Below, in pieces: positions 20,676 through 49,639 of a stretch of 64,000 nucleotides of DNA. Position numbers and translations under genes: made by a program. The DNA lies in assembly GCF_009914755.1 (NCBI RefSeq), contig NC_060925.1; one strand, written 5' to 3'. This DNA is from the human T2T-CHM13v2.0 reference genome, Homo sapiens. The notes below the pieces were generated by a model. That model ran no database searches and was not told the origin of the DNA. It saw only the letters and a program-made list of their open reading frames with translations. How positions within the stretch are numbered: the stretch's first letter is position 1; each line of letters starts with the position of its first letter.

Positions 20676-21132
20676 TTAGGAATAAATCTAATGAGTGTAA
20701 AACTTGTATACTCTAAACAGGAAACATTGTTGAAAGAAATTAAAGATACCAATAAACAGAAAGACATCCATGTTCATAAATCAAAAGGCAATATTATCAA
20801 AATGGCAATACTCCTCAAACTGATCTACAGATTCAATGCAATCCCTATCAAAATCTCTGCTGGCTTTGACAAGCTGACCCTAAAAATTTATGTGGAAATG
20901 CAAGGGACCCAGAATAGCCAAAATAATATTGAAAAAGAACAAAGTTGCAAAATTCATACTTCCCAACCTCAAAACTTACTACAAAACTACAGTGATCAAG
21001 ACAGTGTGGTACTGACATAAAGATGTATAGATTAATAGATTTTAGAGTCCAAAAATAAACTCTCATGTTTATGGTTAACAGATTTGCAACAAGAGTGCCA
21101 AGACAACTCAAGGTATAAGAAATAATCTTTTA

Positions 21133-21546
<414 letters not shown>

Positions 21547-21761
21547 TCACACCATAAAAATGAACTCAAAGTGGATCAGAGAGCTAAATGTAAGAGTTAA
21601 AACTATAAAACTCATAGAATAAATCAAAGGCATAAATCTTCATGCCCTTGGATTAGGCAATGATTTCTTAGATTAGATATGACACCAAAAGTACAAACAA
21701 CAACCATAGTAACAAAATTGATAAATTGGGATTCATCAAAGTTAAAAACTTTTGTGCTTCA

Positions 21762-21917
<156 letters not shown>

Positions 21918-22204
21918 TTAGCTGGGTATGGTGGCATGTGACTGTAGTCCCAGCCACTTAGGAGGCTGAGGTGAGAGGATAGTTAGCTTGAGCCCAGGAG
22001 TTGGAGGTTACAGTGACCTATGATCATGTCACTGCACTGCAGCTTGAGTGAAAAGTGAGACCCTGTGTCTTAAAAAAAAAAAAGTAAAAGATAACCCATG
22101 TGATGAGAGAACATTTTTGCAAATCATATATCTGAAAAGAGACTTGTATGTAGACTATATGAAATGAAGAACTCTTGCAACTCAATAAAAAGACATATAG
22201 TTCA

Positions 22205-22465
<261 letters not shown>

Positions 22466-23258
22466 TCAGGAGGATGAGGCAAGAGAATCATTTGAACCCG
22501 GGGGCTGGAGGTTGCAGTGAGCTGAGATTGCACCACTTCACTCCAGCCTGGGCGAAAAGAATGAAGCTCCATCTCAAAAAAAAAAAAAAAAAAAGGGGCA
22601 ACATAATTAGACAGTGGAAAATACAAATCAAAACCACAATGAGATACCACTTTATACCCACTAGGAAGGCTATAATCAAAATGACAAATAATAGTAATTG
22701 TTGGCAAGGATATGGAGAACCTGGAAGCCTCACACACTGCTAGTGGAAATGTAAAATGGTGCAGCCACTTTGGAAACAGCTGGAAGTTCTTCAAAAGGCT
22801 AAGCATGGAATTAACATACAAACCACCAATTCCACTCTTAGCTATATACTCAAGAGAAATGAAGACATATACTCACAAAAAAACTTGTACATGAATGTTC
22901 ATGGCAGCATTATTCATAATAGCCAAAGGTGGAAACAACACATATATCCATCAACTGATGGCTGGATAAACAAAATGTAGTATATCTACACAATGGAATA
23001 TTACTTAGCCATAAAAAATGCACTACTGATACAGGCTACCATATCAATGAAACTTGAAAACATGCTAAATGAAAGAAGCTAGGCACAAAGGACACATAAT
23101 TGTATTATTCCATTCATATGAAACGTCAGAATAGGCAAATCCATAGAGACAGAAAGTCTATCAGTGGGGTTGCCGGGGCTAGGAAATGGAGGAAATAAGG
23201 AATGACTGCTAATGGGTATGGAGTTTCTTCCGGAGAAAATGAAAATGACCTGAAGTTA

Positions 23259-23444
<186 letters not shown>

Positions 23445-24675
23445 TTAGCCAGCATGGTGGCACACACCTATAATCCCAGCTAACTGGGGGGTTGAGTTGG
23501 GAAAATCAACTGACTGGGGAAAGTTGAGGTGGCAGATGGTGCCATGTGCTCCAGCCTGGATGACTGCAGTGAGACCCTGTCTCAAAAAAAAAAAAAGGGT
23601 GAATATATGCTAGTGTATGTCAATAGGGTGATGGAGAATCATGTCTGTAACTCACTCTCAAATAGTTCAGGGAAAAAAGTTCTTTTCTTGCAACTTGCCT
23701 GTAAATTTGAATTATTTCAAATGAAAAGAAAAATGCCATTGAATGACAATGATGTTATAGGGATAACTTTTATTCTACTCCACTCAGAGTGCTCTAAAAA
23801 AATAGTAACTCCTTCATAAACTTCAAATAATATTTGATGTGAAGTCTGACTCAAAAAAATGGGTTCACAACCTGTAACATCCCATACTGTTGTTCTTCAT
23901 AATAAAAGGCAGTATGGCATAAATAACATGTACTTTGGAGTCAGACAGAATGTGTTCCTTTCTAGCTTTATGACTGGGAAAATTAATCGACTTTTAGGAG
24001 GCTCGGTTTTCTCATCCAGAAAATGGGAATAACTAATTGTTCTGTATAGGTTAAGTAATGACTTCTATGCTCCCAAGCTTGGACCTGTACTCAACATTGT
24101 TTATTATATAATATGATGTTCTACTTTCTAGGATAGATAACTCATTTATTTTTCATACCCTGTTGCCTACTTAGTAGCTACATTATTGTTTATCACTATT
24201 CTTCATGATTGGTTTGGAGAAGAGGTAAATTTTATTATTTATTAATATTGTTAATAAAAGATTTGGTAGCGAAGGATATCAGCAAAATTTGGAAGTTATG
24301 TAGTCAGATCTCAAGTGTCTATTGCCATTATCACAAGCTGATTATGTACTTAAGTATAGTAAACAAGTGTAGCCAATTCTAATCAGTTTAATCACCTCTC
24401 CTCAGACACTATCAGAAAATGAGTAATGAGTAAAATAGTTCATTCAATGTTGATAAGTGGAGAAATGGGAACCCTTGTGCACTGTTGGTAAGAATGTAAA
24501 ATGGTACAGCTGCTGTGGAAAACTGTATGGCAGTTCCTCAAAAAATTAAAAATAGAATTACCATATGATCTGGCAATTCTACTTCTGGATATATACCCCA
24601 AAGAATTCCAGACTCTATCTCTAAAGCACGGAAGATAAAAGTGCCAACTTAGTTGGAAACATACTCTGTACTTAC

Positions 24676-24849
24676 CAGCCATTTGTTGTGCTGTGGCAGA
24701 GGACATGGCTGGGCACCAGCTGGCACCTTGTATACTGGAGTTACTGACATACTGGCAGGGTGGGCACAAATGAAGCGAACCTGCAAAACCTCTACAGCTG
24801 GACTAGGGTTCAGGACACCTGGATGATTTCCAATTCGGAATGTGAGAAC
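24676..24849 (-). CDS. NUP210L: NUP210L exon H (174 nt, phase 0-0): [58 protein letters not shown]
   Basis: cttccttaaag| acceptor, CTG|gtaagt donor; lies in ORF 24649-24906. Confidence 0.94.
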
Positions 24850-25674
24850 CTTTAAGGAAGTCACAGAGCAAGAGATAATTGTGGGTAGATACTTGATGTC
24901 AGTCATGCCAATATAAATGTGTTAGAATTATTCAAATTCCAGTATAGAGAGTCCCTTTCACATTATAATCCGGCAAATCCCTTAAAGACATTATAGTTCT
25001 TAATTATCTATGCTAAAGGGCATTAATAATATCATGAAAATTTGAAAACAACTGGAACATTAAAAAAATCTAGGTCAGGCACAGTGGCTCATGCCTATAA
25101 TCCCAGCACTTTGGGAGGATCACTTGAGCCTAGTTCAAGACCATCACATAGTAAGACCCCATCTCTACAAAAAATCTAAAAATTAGCCAGGCATGGTGGT
25201 GCACACCTGTAGTCTCAGTTACTTGGGAGACTGAAGCAGGAGGATCGCTTGAACCCAGGAGGTCAAGGCTACAGTGAGCCATGTTCATGCCATTGCACTT
25301 CAGCCTGGGCAACAGAATGAGACCCTGTCTAAAAAAAAAAAATCTAACTTTGACTGGGTGTGGTGATGTGTACCTGTAATCTCAGCTGCTTGGAAGTCTG
25401 AGGCAGGAGGATTGCTTGCGCCAAGGAGTTCAAGACCAGCTTGAGCAACATAGTGAGACCCTGTCTCAGGAAAAAAAAAAAAAATCTAACTTTGACCAAT
25501 TATTTCAGTCTTTTCCTCCGCCAAATATTTTGTTACAAGTTGATAAAAAGTGAAAAAACTAATTTGTGTTTCCACTCATCTCTAGTAGAAGTAGTAATGA
25601 ATAACGGAATGTGGAAACAAAAAGAAATTAGGAAACTTCAAATGAGGGTTAATCAGACCTGAAATTACTAAATA

Positions 25675-28400
<2,726 letters not shown>

Positions 28401-29109
28401 TTAGGCCGGGTGCGGTGCCTCATGCCTGTAATCCCAGCACTTTGGGAGGCCGAGGTGGGCAGATCACCTGAGGTCAGGAGTTTGAGATCAGCCTGACCAA
28501 CATGAAGAAACCCCATCTCTACTAAAAATACAAAATTAGCCGGGTGTGGTGGTGCATGCCTGTAATCCCAGTTACTCAGGAGGCTGAGGCAGTAGAATCA
28601 CTTGAACCCAGGAGGTGGAGGTTATGGTGAGCCAAGATTGTGCCATTGCACTCCCACCTGGGCAACAAGAGCGAAACTCCATCTCAAAAAAAAAAGATGG
28701 TAATTTTACCACAATAAAAGATTGAGGACCAAAATAAGTAATTAGCCCTGAAATTACTGATAGCTAGTTATATATACAGTAAAGTTCACTACAAATATTA
28801 GAAAGAAACCTATGTAGTGAGCTACGATCGTTCCACTACACTCTAGCCTGGGCAGCAGTGTGAGAACCTGTCTCTAAAATATAAAAATAAATAAATAAAA
28901 TAAAATAGAATGAAGTTCAATGGATTACAGCACAGTTCTTATCAAGTTAAAATCTTACATTGATTCCCTTATGTGCTGGTTAGCTGTGCTGTTTCACAGT
29001 CATACCTTGAATTCTCAAGCCCAGTAAAACTGCAAATCTTTGTTACTGATTTTGATAGAAGTACAGCACAGCTGTGAATGAAAACTATGCAAATCCATCA
29101 GTACCTCTA

Positions 29110-29238
<129 letters not shown>

Positions 29239-29377
29239 CTATAGAAAAAAACAAAAATGGCTGGGCATGGTTGCTCACGCCTGTAATCCTAGCACTTTGG
29301 GAGGCCGAGTTGGGCAGATCACAAGGTCAGGAGTTTGAGACCAGCCTGACCAACATGGTAAAACCCCGTCTCTACTA

Positions 29378-29735
<358 letters not shown>

Positions 29736-30191
29736 TTAAAAATAATTCAACTGATAGAGATAAAATATATTTATTATTCGTATCAGTGTAGCTCTAATTA
29801 GTTCCTCAAAATTGCTAACCATAGATGATACTTCAAAGTTTCCCTTCCTTGAATTCTTAAAGTTGGGAAACCAAATATCCTAAAGTCTACAAAACAAGGA
29901 AGTGAATTATAATGATAATGTGATTGCAAATAATGTGAAATAAGCTCATTACTACAAAAAGATCTTGTTTAGTTCGTGAACTGCTGGAATTCTTGGATGA
30001 GCAAATTGAAACCTCTGGGTATATTTTAAGGATAATAAGGTTTTAGAAAAAACAATCATTTGATCAATAATTAGAATTTTCCTATTTAGTCCATAAACTA
30101 AATTCAGCAGAATCTGAAAAGGAATGGCTGGAAGTACAAAGGATTTGGAGTATTACACTAAAGAAAATGTTATAAAAAACTGTTTTCCTAC

Positions 30192-30413
30192 TTGTTCCCC
30201 TAAATCCAGGCATTGGATCCGGTAGATGTACTGGTTCTGTTTTCTCTTAGATGGCAGCCACACTTGTGCTATTCCAATCTTCTCTGTCTTCTCCGCATTC
30301 AATTCCAAAAAAAATCGGGAGGGCTCCAAGATCCATGGACGAGGACCCCCTTCAAATACCATTTCCTTCACAGACTGCCATGTCACCAATGCCACTTCCA
30401 CAGGATTTAAAGC
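30192..30413 (-). CDS. NUP210L: NUP210L exon G (222 nt, phase 0-0): ALNPVEVALVTWQSVKEMVFEGGPRPWILEPSRFF...IQCLDLGEQ
   Basis: atcatcag| acceptor, CAA|gtagga donor; FEGGPRPWILEPS is a hallmark NUP210-family motif. Confidence 0.95.
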
Positions 30414-31206
30414 CTGATGATATTTAAAGAAATTAATTCCTGATAGGTTAGGGAATTCAATAATTTTCTAAAGTGAAACACTAGTTATCTGAATATGCTG
30501 CAAATGACGTTAAACTTAATTCCCAAATTAAGAGATATGTATGCCATGCCTCTCACTTGGAATGCTTCTCAACCTAACTTGGATCCTACCTATCATTTGA
30601 ACCTAACTATTATGTTACTTTATCCATTAATTTGTGTCCAGTCATTCTAGACCACACCACTTCTGCATCCTCTAAGCTCTTACAGTATTTATCTGTACCA
30701 TTCATTTGTACCCTGTTCATTTCCTAATGTTATTATATGTGTGTCAAATGCTATGTATAAATCTAATAATTTTTGTTGTTTTCTCTACTTATATAAACTC
30801 CTTAAGAGGAGTCAGTATCTTATACCTAATTTGTTTTAGTATTTCTCTTCTTCACTAGGATTTAGTACAATGTTGTGTGCAGAAAAGGTATTGTATAAAT
30901 AACTGCATAAGCATTTTTTTCAGGCTAAAGAGTGAAAGATAAGATGCATAAGCATTTTAAACTGATATTTTACTAATGTATCAAAGAACTTCTGCCCTAA
31001 AAATATAAAAATAATACATCTATACACTTCACCATATTTCTCCAAGAACTTTATAAGCTAAGAAGTAGACAAGATAGGTATTACTCAATTCAGTATAGAG
31101 AAGTTGTATCCCATTCACAGATGAGGAAACTGGCATTAGGGGAATGAAGTATTCTCAAAGTGTAGGTTATTTTTGTATGGCACACAATGTCCACAACAGT
31201 GACTAA

Positions 31207-31430
31207 TTTTTTTTTATTTTACTTTAAGTTCTGGGATACATGTGCAGAATGTGCAGGTTTGTTACCTAGGTATACATGCGCCATGGTGGTTTGCTGCACC
31301 CATCAACCCATCATGTACGTTAGGTATTTCTCCTAATGCTATCCATTCCCGAGGCCCCACCCCTTTACAGGCCACAGTGTGTGATGTTCCCCTCCCTGTG
31401 TCCATGTGTTCTCATTGTTCAACTCCCACT
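31207..31430 (-). mobile_element. Short 5'-truncated L1PA (about L1PA7/8) 3' end
   Basis: L1 3' UTR on minus; TSD acagtgactaa at 31196-31206 and 31431-31441. Confidence 0.9.
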
Positions 31431-33109
31431 ACAGTGACTAAGTTTTAAAACGAAGTAGAGAGTTGAAGCAATTATTCTAAAAACGTAAGCAAACTATGCT
31501 TTCTTTTCAGAACTGTTCAGTCATATTTATTATTGAGTACTATTAAAACTGAAAATTTCTATCCCTGATGGTAGTATTCTCTTAAATAATGTATATATAA
31601 TTCAATAAATATTCACTTATGAGGATACAGTAATAGAAATCCAAATAAAGTCTTGTCTCACAGGGGAGCTCACAATCTGGGAGAGACAGACTTAGAGTAG
31701 GTAAAGAATATAATAAGTGTTACAAAAAGACATGTGGCCAGGTGCGGTAGCTCATGCCTGTAATCCCAGCACTTTGGGAGGCTGAGGTGGGTGGATCACT
31801 TAAGGTCAGGAGTTTGAGACCAGCCTGGCCAACATGGTGAAATCCCATCTCTACTAAAAATACAAAATTAGCTGAGCATGGTGGTGCACGCCTGTAATCC
31901 CAGCTACTTGGGAGGCTGAGGCAGGAGAATCAGTTGGAGGCAGAGGTTGCAGTGAACCAAGATTGTGCCATTGCACTCCAGCCTGGGCAACAAGATCAAA
32001 ACTTGGTCTCAGGAAAAAAAAAAAAGACATGTTACACAGTGCCATACAAGTTTTTGGCCAGGTGTGGTGGCTCATGCCTGTAATGCAAGCACTTTGGGAG
32101 GCCAAGGCAGGCGGATCCCTTGAGCCCAGGAATTTGAGACCAGCCTGGCCATCATGGCAAAACCCCATATCTACTAAAAATACAAAAATTAGCTGGGCAT
32201 CATGGTGTGCACCTGTAATCCCACCCACTTGGGAGGCTGAGGCACAAGAATCGCTTGAACCTAGGGGGTGGAGGTTGCCGAGATTGCACCACTGCATTCC
32301 AGCTGGGCCAACAGAGTGAGACTCTGTCTCAAAAAAAAAAATTTTTTTTGACAGAAGAAATGAATGGAAAAAATAAACACAGAGGTCTCATAGATGGCCT
32401 TTCTGAAAAAGCAAAACAAATGATTCCTTTTTCTTAGATGTATAGTCAAAAACTAACCAGATGAACCGAATTGAGCTGATAATATAAAAGGACAAATTGA
32501 GAACTGTACCATGTACTGAAACATAGTAATGATAACAAGGGTAGAACACACATATTTTTAAACAATTTGTTTTTCATCAGGCAAGGGGAAAGATACGTGA
32601 CTAACATACTAGGTAGAAAAAGAAAATCATCATCACTTCCTTTCCTTTAAGGACGACTTTCATTCAGGGGAGATCTGATTTGTGGACATTCAATATATAT
32701 AAAATAAGCCTAAGGACAATGATAAAAGTAAGAAAAAACCTAATGGAACTTTACAATGAGCCACAGCCAAGCACTTGCATTTAATTAGGCAAGAAGGAGG
32801 ATTCACCCACCCAGGGAACTAGTGAAATATACTTGAACCATATATTTAATATATATGCTACACAATGTACAATGAGGCCAACTTAAAATGCAAATTTGAA
32901 TGAATAATTTATCTTTTTTCTTTTACCTTACTTTACTTCTTTCATTAGTGTTAACATTTTTCCCTGTGGGTGCTCCTTATTCCAAGAGGCATTGAGTCAG
33001 GATTTGTCAGTATCTATCAGCAAGAACTTGTAGATACCAATTTTAGCTACTGCTGGAATCAAATAGGATGTAGAAACCATGCCAGTCTCTATCTACTTTT
33101 ATTTTGAAC

Positions 33110-34723
33110 TGTTGCAGGATACTTAGGGTGTTGCTTTTCTGGCTGGAAACCTCTGTGGCTGGTGGCACCTTTGCCCAAGTTTTGTTTGGGCCCACTGGGC
33201 TCATTCCATCCACTCGGCCTGGCAGGCTGTGCTTGGCTCATGCTACCAGCCTGGATCTCACACCTGCCAAGGGTGAGCCAGGCATGGAGTGGCAACAGGT
33301 GTGTGAGTGAGGAAGCATGGGGTCCAGCCACTGCAGTCAGGCACACCAGTTGCTGCAGTGGGACAGGCAGCTCCAGGTGCCAGCATGGGCACTGGCTCTC
33401 TGCAAGCCTGTGGCTAGATCAGGTGCACTGCAAGCAGCTTCCACGCTGCCACTGGGGAACACAGTGGTGCCTGGAAGCTTAGAGACTCCAGGAACCACAG
33501 GGCCCCAAAGTGGGAGTCACAGCCCTGGCTTGGGGAGCTCCCAGGTCTCGGCTCCCTGAAGAGTCACAGTTCTCTCCTTCTCTTCACCCACAACGTGGTG
33601 AGCAAGGGGTATGTTTCAGCCCTGTTTGTGTTATAGCTCTTTCAGCCCTGCCATTGGGAAGGTCCCAAGTTCTTGTCCTGCATCCAGGAAGAATAAGATA
33701 TGCAGAACAAGTGGAGGGTGAGCAAGGTGAAGAAGAGCTTTATTGAGTAACAGAATAGCTCAGAGGAGGCCCTGGAGTGGGTAGTACCTCTCTGCTGCTG
33801 GTCATCCCAGTGTCTGCAGCTCTCAGCAGAGAGGAGGCCCTGGAGTTGGTAGCTCCTCTCTGCAGCTGGTTGCCCAATGTCTTCTGCCCAGCTCCGGCTG
33901 AGCCTGGAGCTTTTATGGGCATCAGAGGGGAGGAAGTCCACACTGATTGGTCCATGGGCAGCCATGGGTGGGTCTGGAAAAGGCATCACAAGTTCCCACT
34001 CTGGTCTGCGGGACTGGCAGCCTGGACCCCAGGCTTCAGGCCCTACCTGGCCTGAAGGTAGGGCCTCACCAGATACTGCACCTTCTGCCCAGGAACTTGT
34101 CTGCCTCCTGCCGCTGTTCATGGCACCGAGGCTGTAGGTGCCAAGGGGCACCTGCGGGCCAGTGCCGAGCTGCCCTCAGCTCCTCTTTGGCTTCCCTCCT
34201 ATGCTTGTTGGTGCCCAAAGTCTGGAGGGGGCCAAGGCAGCAGGGGCCTGGCATGTTAAAATTGCCCCAAGCGTGTGCTCATCTGGCCAGATTGTGACAG
34301 CGCCCAGGATTGGCCCAACTTTGTTCTGAGATTGGAGTTGGTGCTGACAGCAGGAAGAAGCCAGGCAGCGGGAGTGTGCAGAAGGGGCCTTCCTGGGTTC
34401 CCAAGAGTACAAGGATGCCTGGGTCCACAGCTGCCATTTGAGTAGCTGCAGTTGCATGGCAAGGGGGTAGTGGGGCTGGGGCAGGGGTGCATCTCCTGCC
34501 TGCTCGGTGGAGCAGGAGGCCTGGGTCCGCAGTCATGACTTGGGCAGCCAAAGCTGCACCCAGGGAGCTCCCGCCCCACCAGCTCAGAAGGAGTGGGGCT
34601 CCTGGGGCTCCCACTTGGCGTCGGTTCCAAACGGCTCCACGGAGTGTGCAGCCCCAGCTGCATCTCCCTGCTGCAGCTGGCGTGATGGCAGCAGCTGCTC
34701 CAGACAGGCTGCCACTGCCATCA
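33110..34723 (-). mobile_element. MER52 (ERV1) full-length solo LTR, same orientation as NUP210L
   Basis: TG...CA ends, 4-bp TSD GAAC at 33106-33109 and 34724-34727; minus strand starts TGATGGCAGTGGCAGCCTGTCTGGAGC; GC-rich block explains the overlapping ORFs here. Confidence 0.88.
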
Positions 34724-35254
34724 GAACCACTTATCATACTGTCTCCATTATAATGAACCAGTCCTTAGGGCTCAATATAATGGCTTCTGTGCTTAAAATC
34801 CATAAGTATATAGGGTAAAAGATGATTGACTTCCTTCCATAGGACAGAAATTATCTTTCAGGGTTCTTCAAAAGAGAGTACACTAATATACTAACTTCGG
34901 TATTTACAGAGATATATGCACATGTAAAAATTCAGATAGCACCTGAAGATTAGTGTACTTTATGAACTTTTCTGTACATATTTTATACCTCAGTAAAAAA
35001 GAAGAAAGGAGAATATCTAAAACTTTCTGATACAACTTAAAGATATTCCTGTGACAGAAGCATGAGGTAGTAAACTCCCTGGAGACTTAGGTTTGAGGAG
35101 AGAGCTGTAGATCTAAAAACAAAAAAGTGGCAAGTAAAGAGAACATAAATGTCATTGATCCTTAGTGGGGACCACAGATAGCTAGTAAGCCCATAAGCAG
35201 ACATAGTTAAGTCCATTAAAAGAAATGCCAGTTCCTTACCATGAAATATCTTAC

Positions 35255-35558
<304 letters not shown>

Positions 35559-35735
35559 TTAGCCAGGCATGGTGGCGTGCACCTGTAGTCCCAGTTACTC
35601 AGGAGGCTAAGGAAGGAGGATCACTTGAGCCCAGGAGGTCAAGGCTGCAGTGAGTCATGATTGCACCACTACACCCCAGCCTGGGCAAGAGTAAGACCTT
35701 ACCTAAAAAAAAAAAAAAACCCAAAACAAATATGA

Positions 35736-35954
<219 letters not shown>

Positions 35955-36124
35955 TAGTAGAGACAGGGTTTCACTGTATTGGCCACGCTGGTCTCGAACT
36001 CCTGACCCTGTGATCCACCCACCTAAGCCTCCCAAAATGCTGGGATTACAAGCATGAGCCACCGCACCCAGCCACAAGCAGTTAGTTTTAAAGGAGATTA
36101 AGCTATGAAAATATAAGAATTTTA

Positions 36125-36469
<345 letters not shown>

Positions 36470-37297
36470 TCATGCCTGTAATCCCAGCACTTTGGGAGGC
36501 TAAAGCAGGTGGATCACCTGAGGTCAGTTCGAGACCAGCCTGGCCAATATGGTGAAACCCCGTCTCTACTAAAAATACAAAAATTAGCCAGGTGTGGTGG
36601 CAGGCACCTGTAATCTCAGCTACTTGGGAGGCTGAGGCAGGGAGAATTGCTTGAACCCCGGAGGCGGAGGTTGCAGTGAGCCAAGACGTGCCATTGCACT
36701 CCAGCCTGGTGACAGAGTGACACTGTTAAAAACAAACAAACAAACAAACAAAACCCATCTTGATCTCTTACATTAACAATTAGGCCCTTTATATCAAGTT
36801 GATATCTGTTCTTTCTATTGAGAGACATATATAAGACAACAGTTGTATGTACAGTGGGAATATATATATATGAGCAAAGATCATGACCTCAAGCATTCAT
36901 AGTTTCAAGGGGAAAGTGAACATGTAAATAATTCACTTAAAACATTAATAGAAAGTGGTAAGTATTATAGAAATCTAGAAAATAGAAAGATTATTTCAAG
37001 CTGGAGAGATCAAGGAAAGTTTAAAGTATCTTAGGCTGAGAAAACAGAATGAACAAAGAAATACAAATGAGATATAAATGAGAATATGAGAGATATATAT
37101 GAGAGAATTTAAAGTAGTTGATTTAGCCGGGCATGGTGGCTCACGCCTGTAACCCCAGCACTTTGGGAGGCCGAGGCAGGTGGATTACCTGAAGTCAGGA
37201 GTTCCACACCAGCCTGGCCAACATGGTGAAACCCGGTCTCTACTAAAAAATTCAAAAATTAGCCAGGTGTAGTGGCACGTGCATGTAGTCCCAGCTA

Positions 37298-37496
<199 letters not shown>

Positions 37497-38335
37497 TCAT
37501 GAAAAGTAGGTTGGGTTATACCGTAGAGTGGTCTTGAATACCAAACTAAAAGGATTTTGGCTCCATTCCACTGACAATGAGAAGTCTCAAAATTTTTGAG
37601 CAGAAAAAGTAATACCAAAGTTGAGTTCATGAAGCGCCATCTGATAGCCATGATGACCAGAAGTAAGAATAGTCAGGAGGATTTTGTTGTCCTACATGGG
37701 AAATAAGGGGCTAAAAATTAAAATACTCTGAGAGGAGGGGAAAGATCACTTGAACCCGGGAGTGAGGGTGTGTCTATATGTATGTATGTATGTAGTATAA
37801 TGAGCAAGGGCAAAGCAAAAGTCCAATTTGATACCAAGCTTATAGATATAAGAATTAAATAGTTAATGTATAAAAAGTATTCAGAACAGAGCTTGGCAAA
37901 GAGTAAATGCTAAGCAAATCTTAGATGCTACTACTGTCATTATATTGATGAAAAAACAATGGGGATCAGGATCAAATAAGAAGTTCAATAGCAGGAAAGG
38001 ATGTTGACCGTTATTCATATTTTCTGTTTTATTAGAAAGAGATATTTTATCCTTTTTCAATAAATTGAATGTATGCATATATTAAATGGCTCTACATTCC
38101 TCTTAAAAGACATATGGTATATATAAGGGGAAGAAAGAAGAAAAGAGCTTGAGGCTAGAAATGGAAAACCTTACTGTGAACTAAAATCTGATATTGACCT
38201 TGCACTTGTAATCCCAGCTACTTGGGAGGCTGAGATAGCAGTATAGCTTGGGCCCAGGAGTTCAAGGTTACAATGTTCTATGATTGCACCACTGCACTCC
38301 AGCCTGGGTGACACGGTGGTGAGACCCTGTCTCTA

Positions 38336-39028
<693 letters not shown>

Positions 39029-39266
39029 TCAGTTTCTGTGCCTGTGTTTCTACATCTGTAAAATGAGGAGTATAACACTTACTACAAGGCATTTGACAAA
39101 ATAAAGTATTATAAAGAAAAGTAATATGTGAACTTAGACTATAACTGGTAGTTTCTGAATTGTTGATTGCTTCCTTAAAGACAAAGAAAGTAATCTGTCA
39201 CAGTGGTAGAGTTAAAGATAAATAAATAAAGACAAAGGAAGGAGAAGATAAAAAGGCTACTTTTAC

Positions 39267-39465
39267 CTTCTTTGAGAAGAGTAAAGACTCCTTGTTTATC
39301 CATGTTCAGATCCAAGGATAAATGAGAGCAGTCTGTGAATGCCATGGCTTCTTTGGTCTCTTTATTTATGTGATACATTGCAATGGGTATTTCTATAATC
39401 TGGCCAATCTCCACATCAGCATGAAATGGTAACAGTTCCATTTTGTTCAGTTTCAGGACATGTAT
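39267..39465 (-). CDS. NUP210L: NUP210L exon E (199 nt, phase 0 to 1): IHVLKLNKMELLPFHADVEIGQIIEIPIAMYHINKETKEAMAFTDCSHLSLDLNMDKQGVFTLLKE(G)
   Basis: ttcccctccag| acceptor, AAG|gtaaaa donor; overlaps ORF 39175-39441. Confidence 0.94.
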
Positions 39466-39517
39466 CTGGAGGGGAAAAATTCATCTTTCAAGAAAGTTAT
39501 GTTAAAAAAAAGTCTTA

Positions 39518-47858
<8,341 letters not shown>

Positions 47859-48071
47859 ACAGCACTTTGGGAGGCCAAGGCGGGAAGATCGCTTGAGCCC
47901 AGGAGTTCAAGTCCACCCTGGGCAATATAGGGAGACCCTGTCTCTAAAAAAAGTTTAAAAATTAGCTGAGCATGGTGGTATACATCTGTAGTCCCAGCTA
48001 CTTGAAAAGCTCGGGTGGGAAGATTGGATGAGACCAGGAGGCGGAGGTTGCAGTGAGCTGAGGTTGCATCA

Positions 48072-48410
<339 letters not shown>

Positions 48411-48412
48411 TT

Positions 48413-48445
<33 letters not shown>

Positions 48446-49006
48446 AAAACTGTTAAGAAAAAGAAGAAATCATTCCTTAAATATTTACATACACATGAAC
48501 ATATATAAATACATTATATATATATATATGTTATTTACTATTATACACAATGTAATGGTCCAGGTCTCTTTTATATACGCACACACACACATAAACACAC
48601 CCACAAGGTGCTAAACATATCACTCTACATTTTTAAATTTATTGATCTCTTTAAAGCATCTAACTCCATGTAGGAGGGGTCTGGCAAACTACGGCCTGTA
48701 TACAACCTGTTTTTGTACAATGAGCTAAGAACAGTTTTTACATTTTTAAAAGGTTGTAAAATAAAACAATAACAACCACAAAAAAGAATATGAGATAGTA
48801 ACTATATGTGGCCTGTAAAGACTAATGTATTAGGCCAGGCGTGGTGGCTCACGCCTGTAATCCCAGCATTTTGGGAGGCCAAGGCGGGCAGATCACAAGG
48901 TCAGGAATTCAACACCAGCCTGGCCAATATGGTGAAACCCCGTCTCTACTAAAAATACAAAAATTAGCCAGGCGTGGTGGCACGTGCCTGTAATTCCAGC
49001 TACTCA

Positions 49007-49539
<533 letters not shown>

Positions 49540-49639
49540 TCAAAAAAATTAATAAATAAAATAAAATAAAATCTTTTATTTTGTCATTTTTGCCACTTTC
49601 TATGTTTCTTCTGCTAGTTCCTCTTCCTATGTTTCTTAA

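Noticed and set aside
29006-29106. Possible 101-nt cryptic poison exon on minus (ttttag|...CAAG|gtatga), with an 11-bp inverted repeat at 28982-28992 / 29063-29073
   Set aside because: Matches of this quality arise by chance in 64 kb; no coding or conservation evidence available
33089-34818. Cluster of overlapping 60-170 aa ORFs
   Set aside because: Expected from the GC-rich, stop-poor MER52 LTR; no recognisable protein
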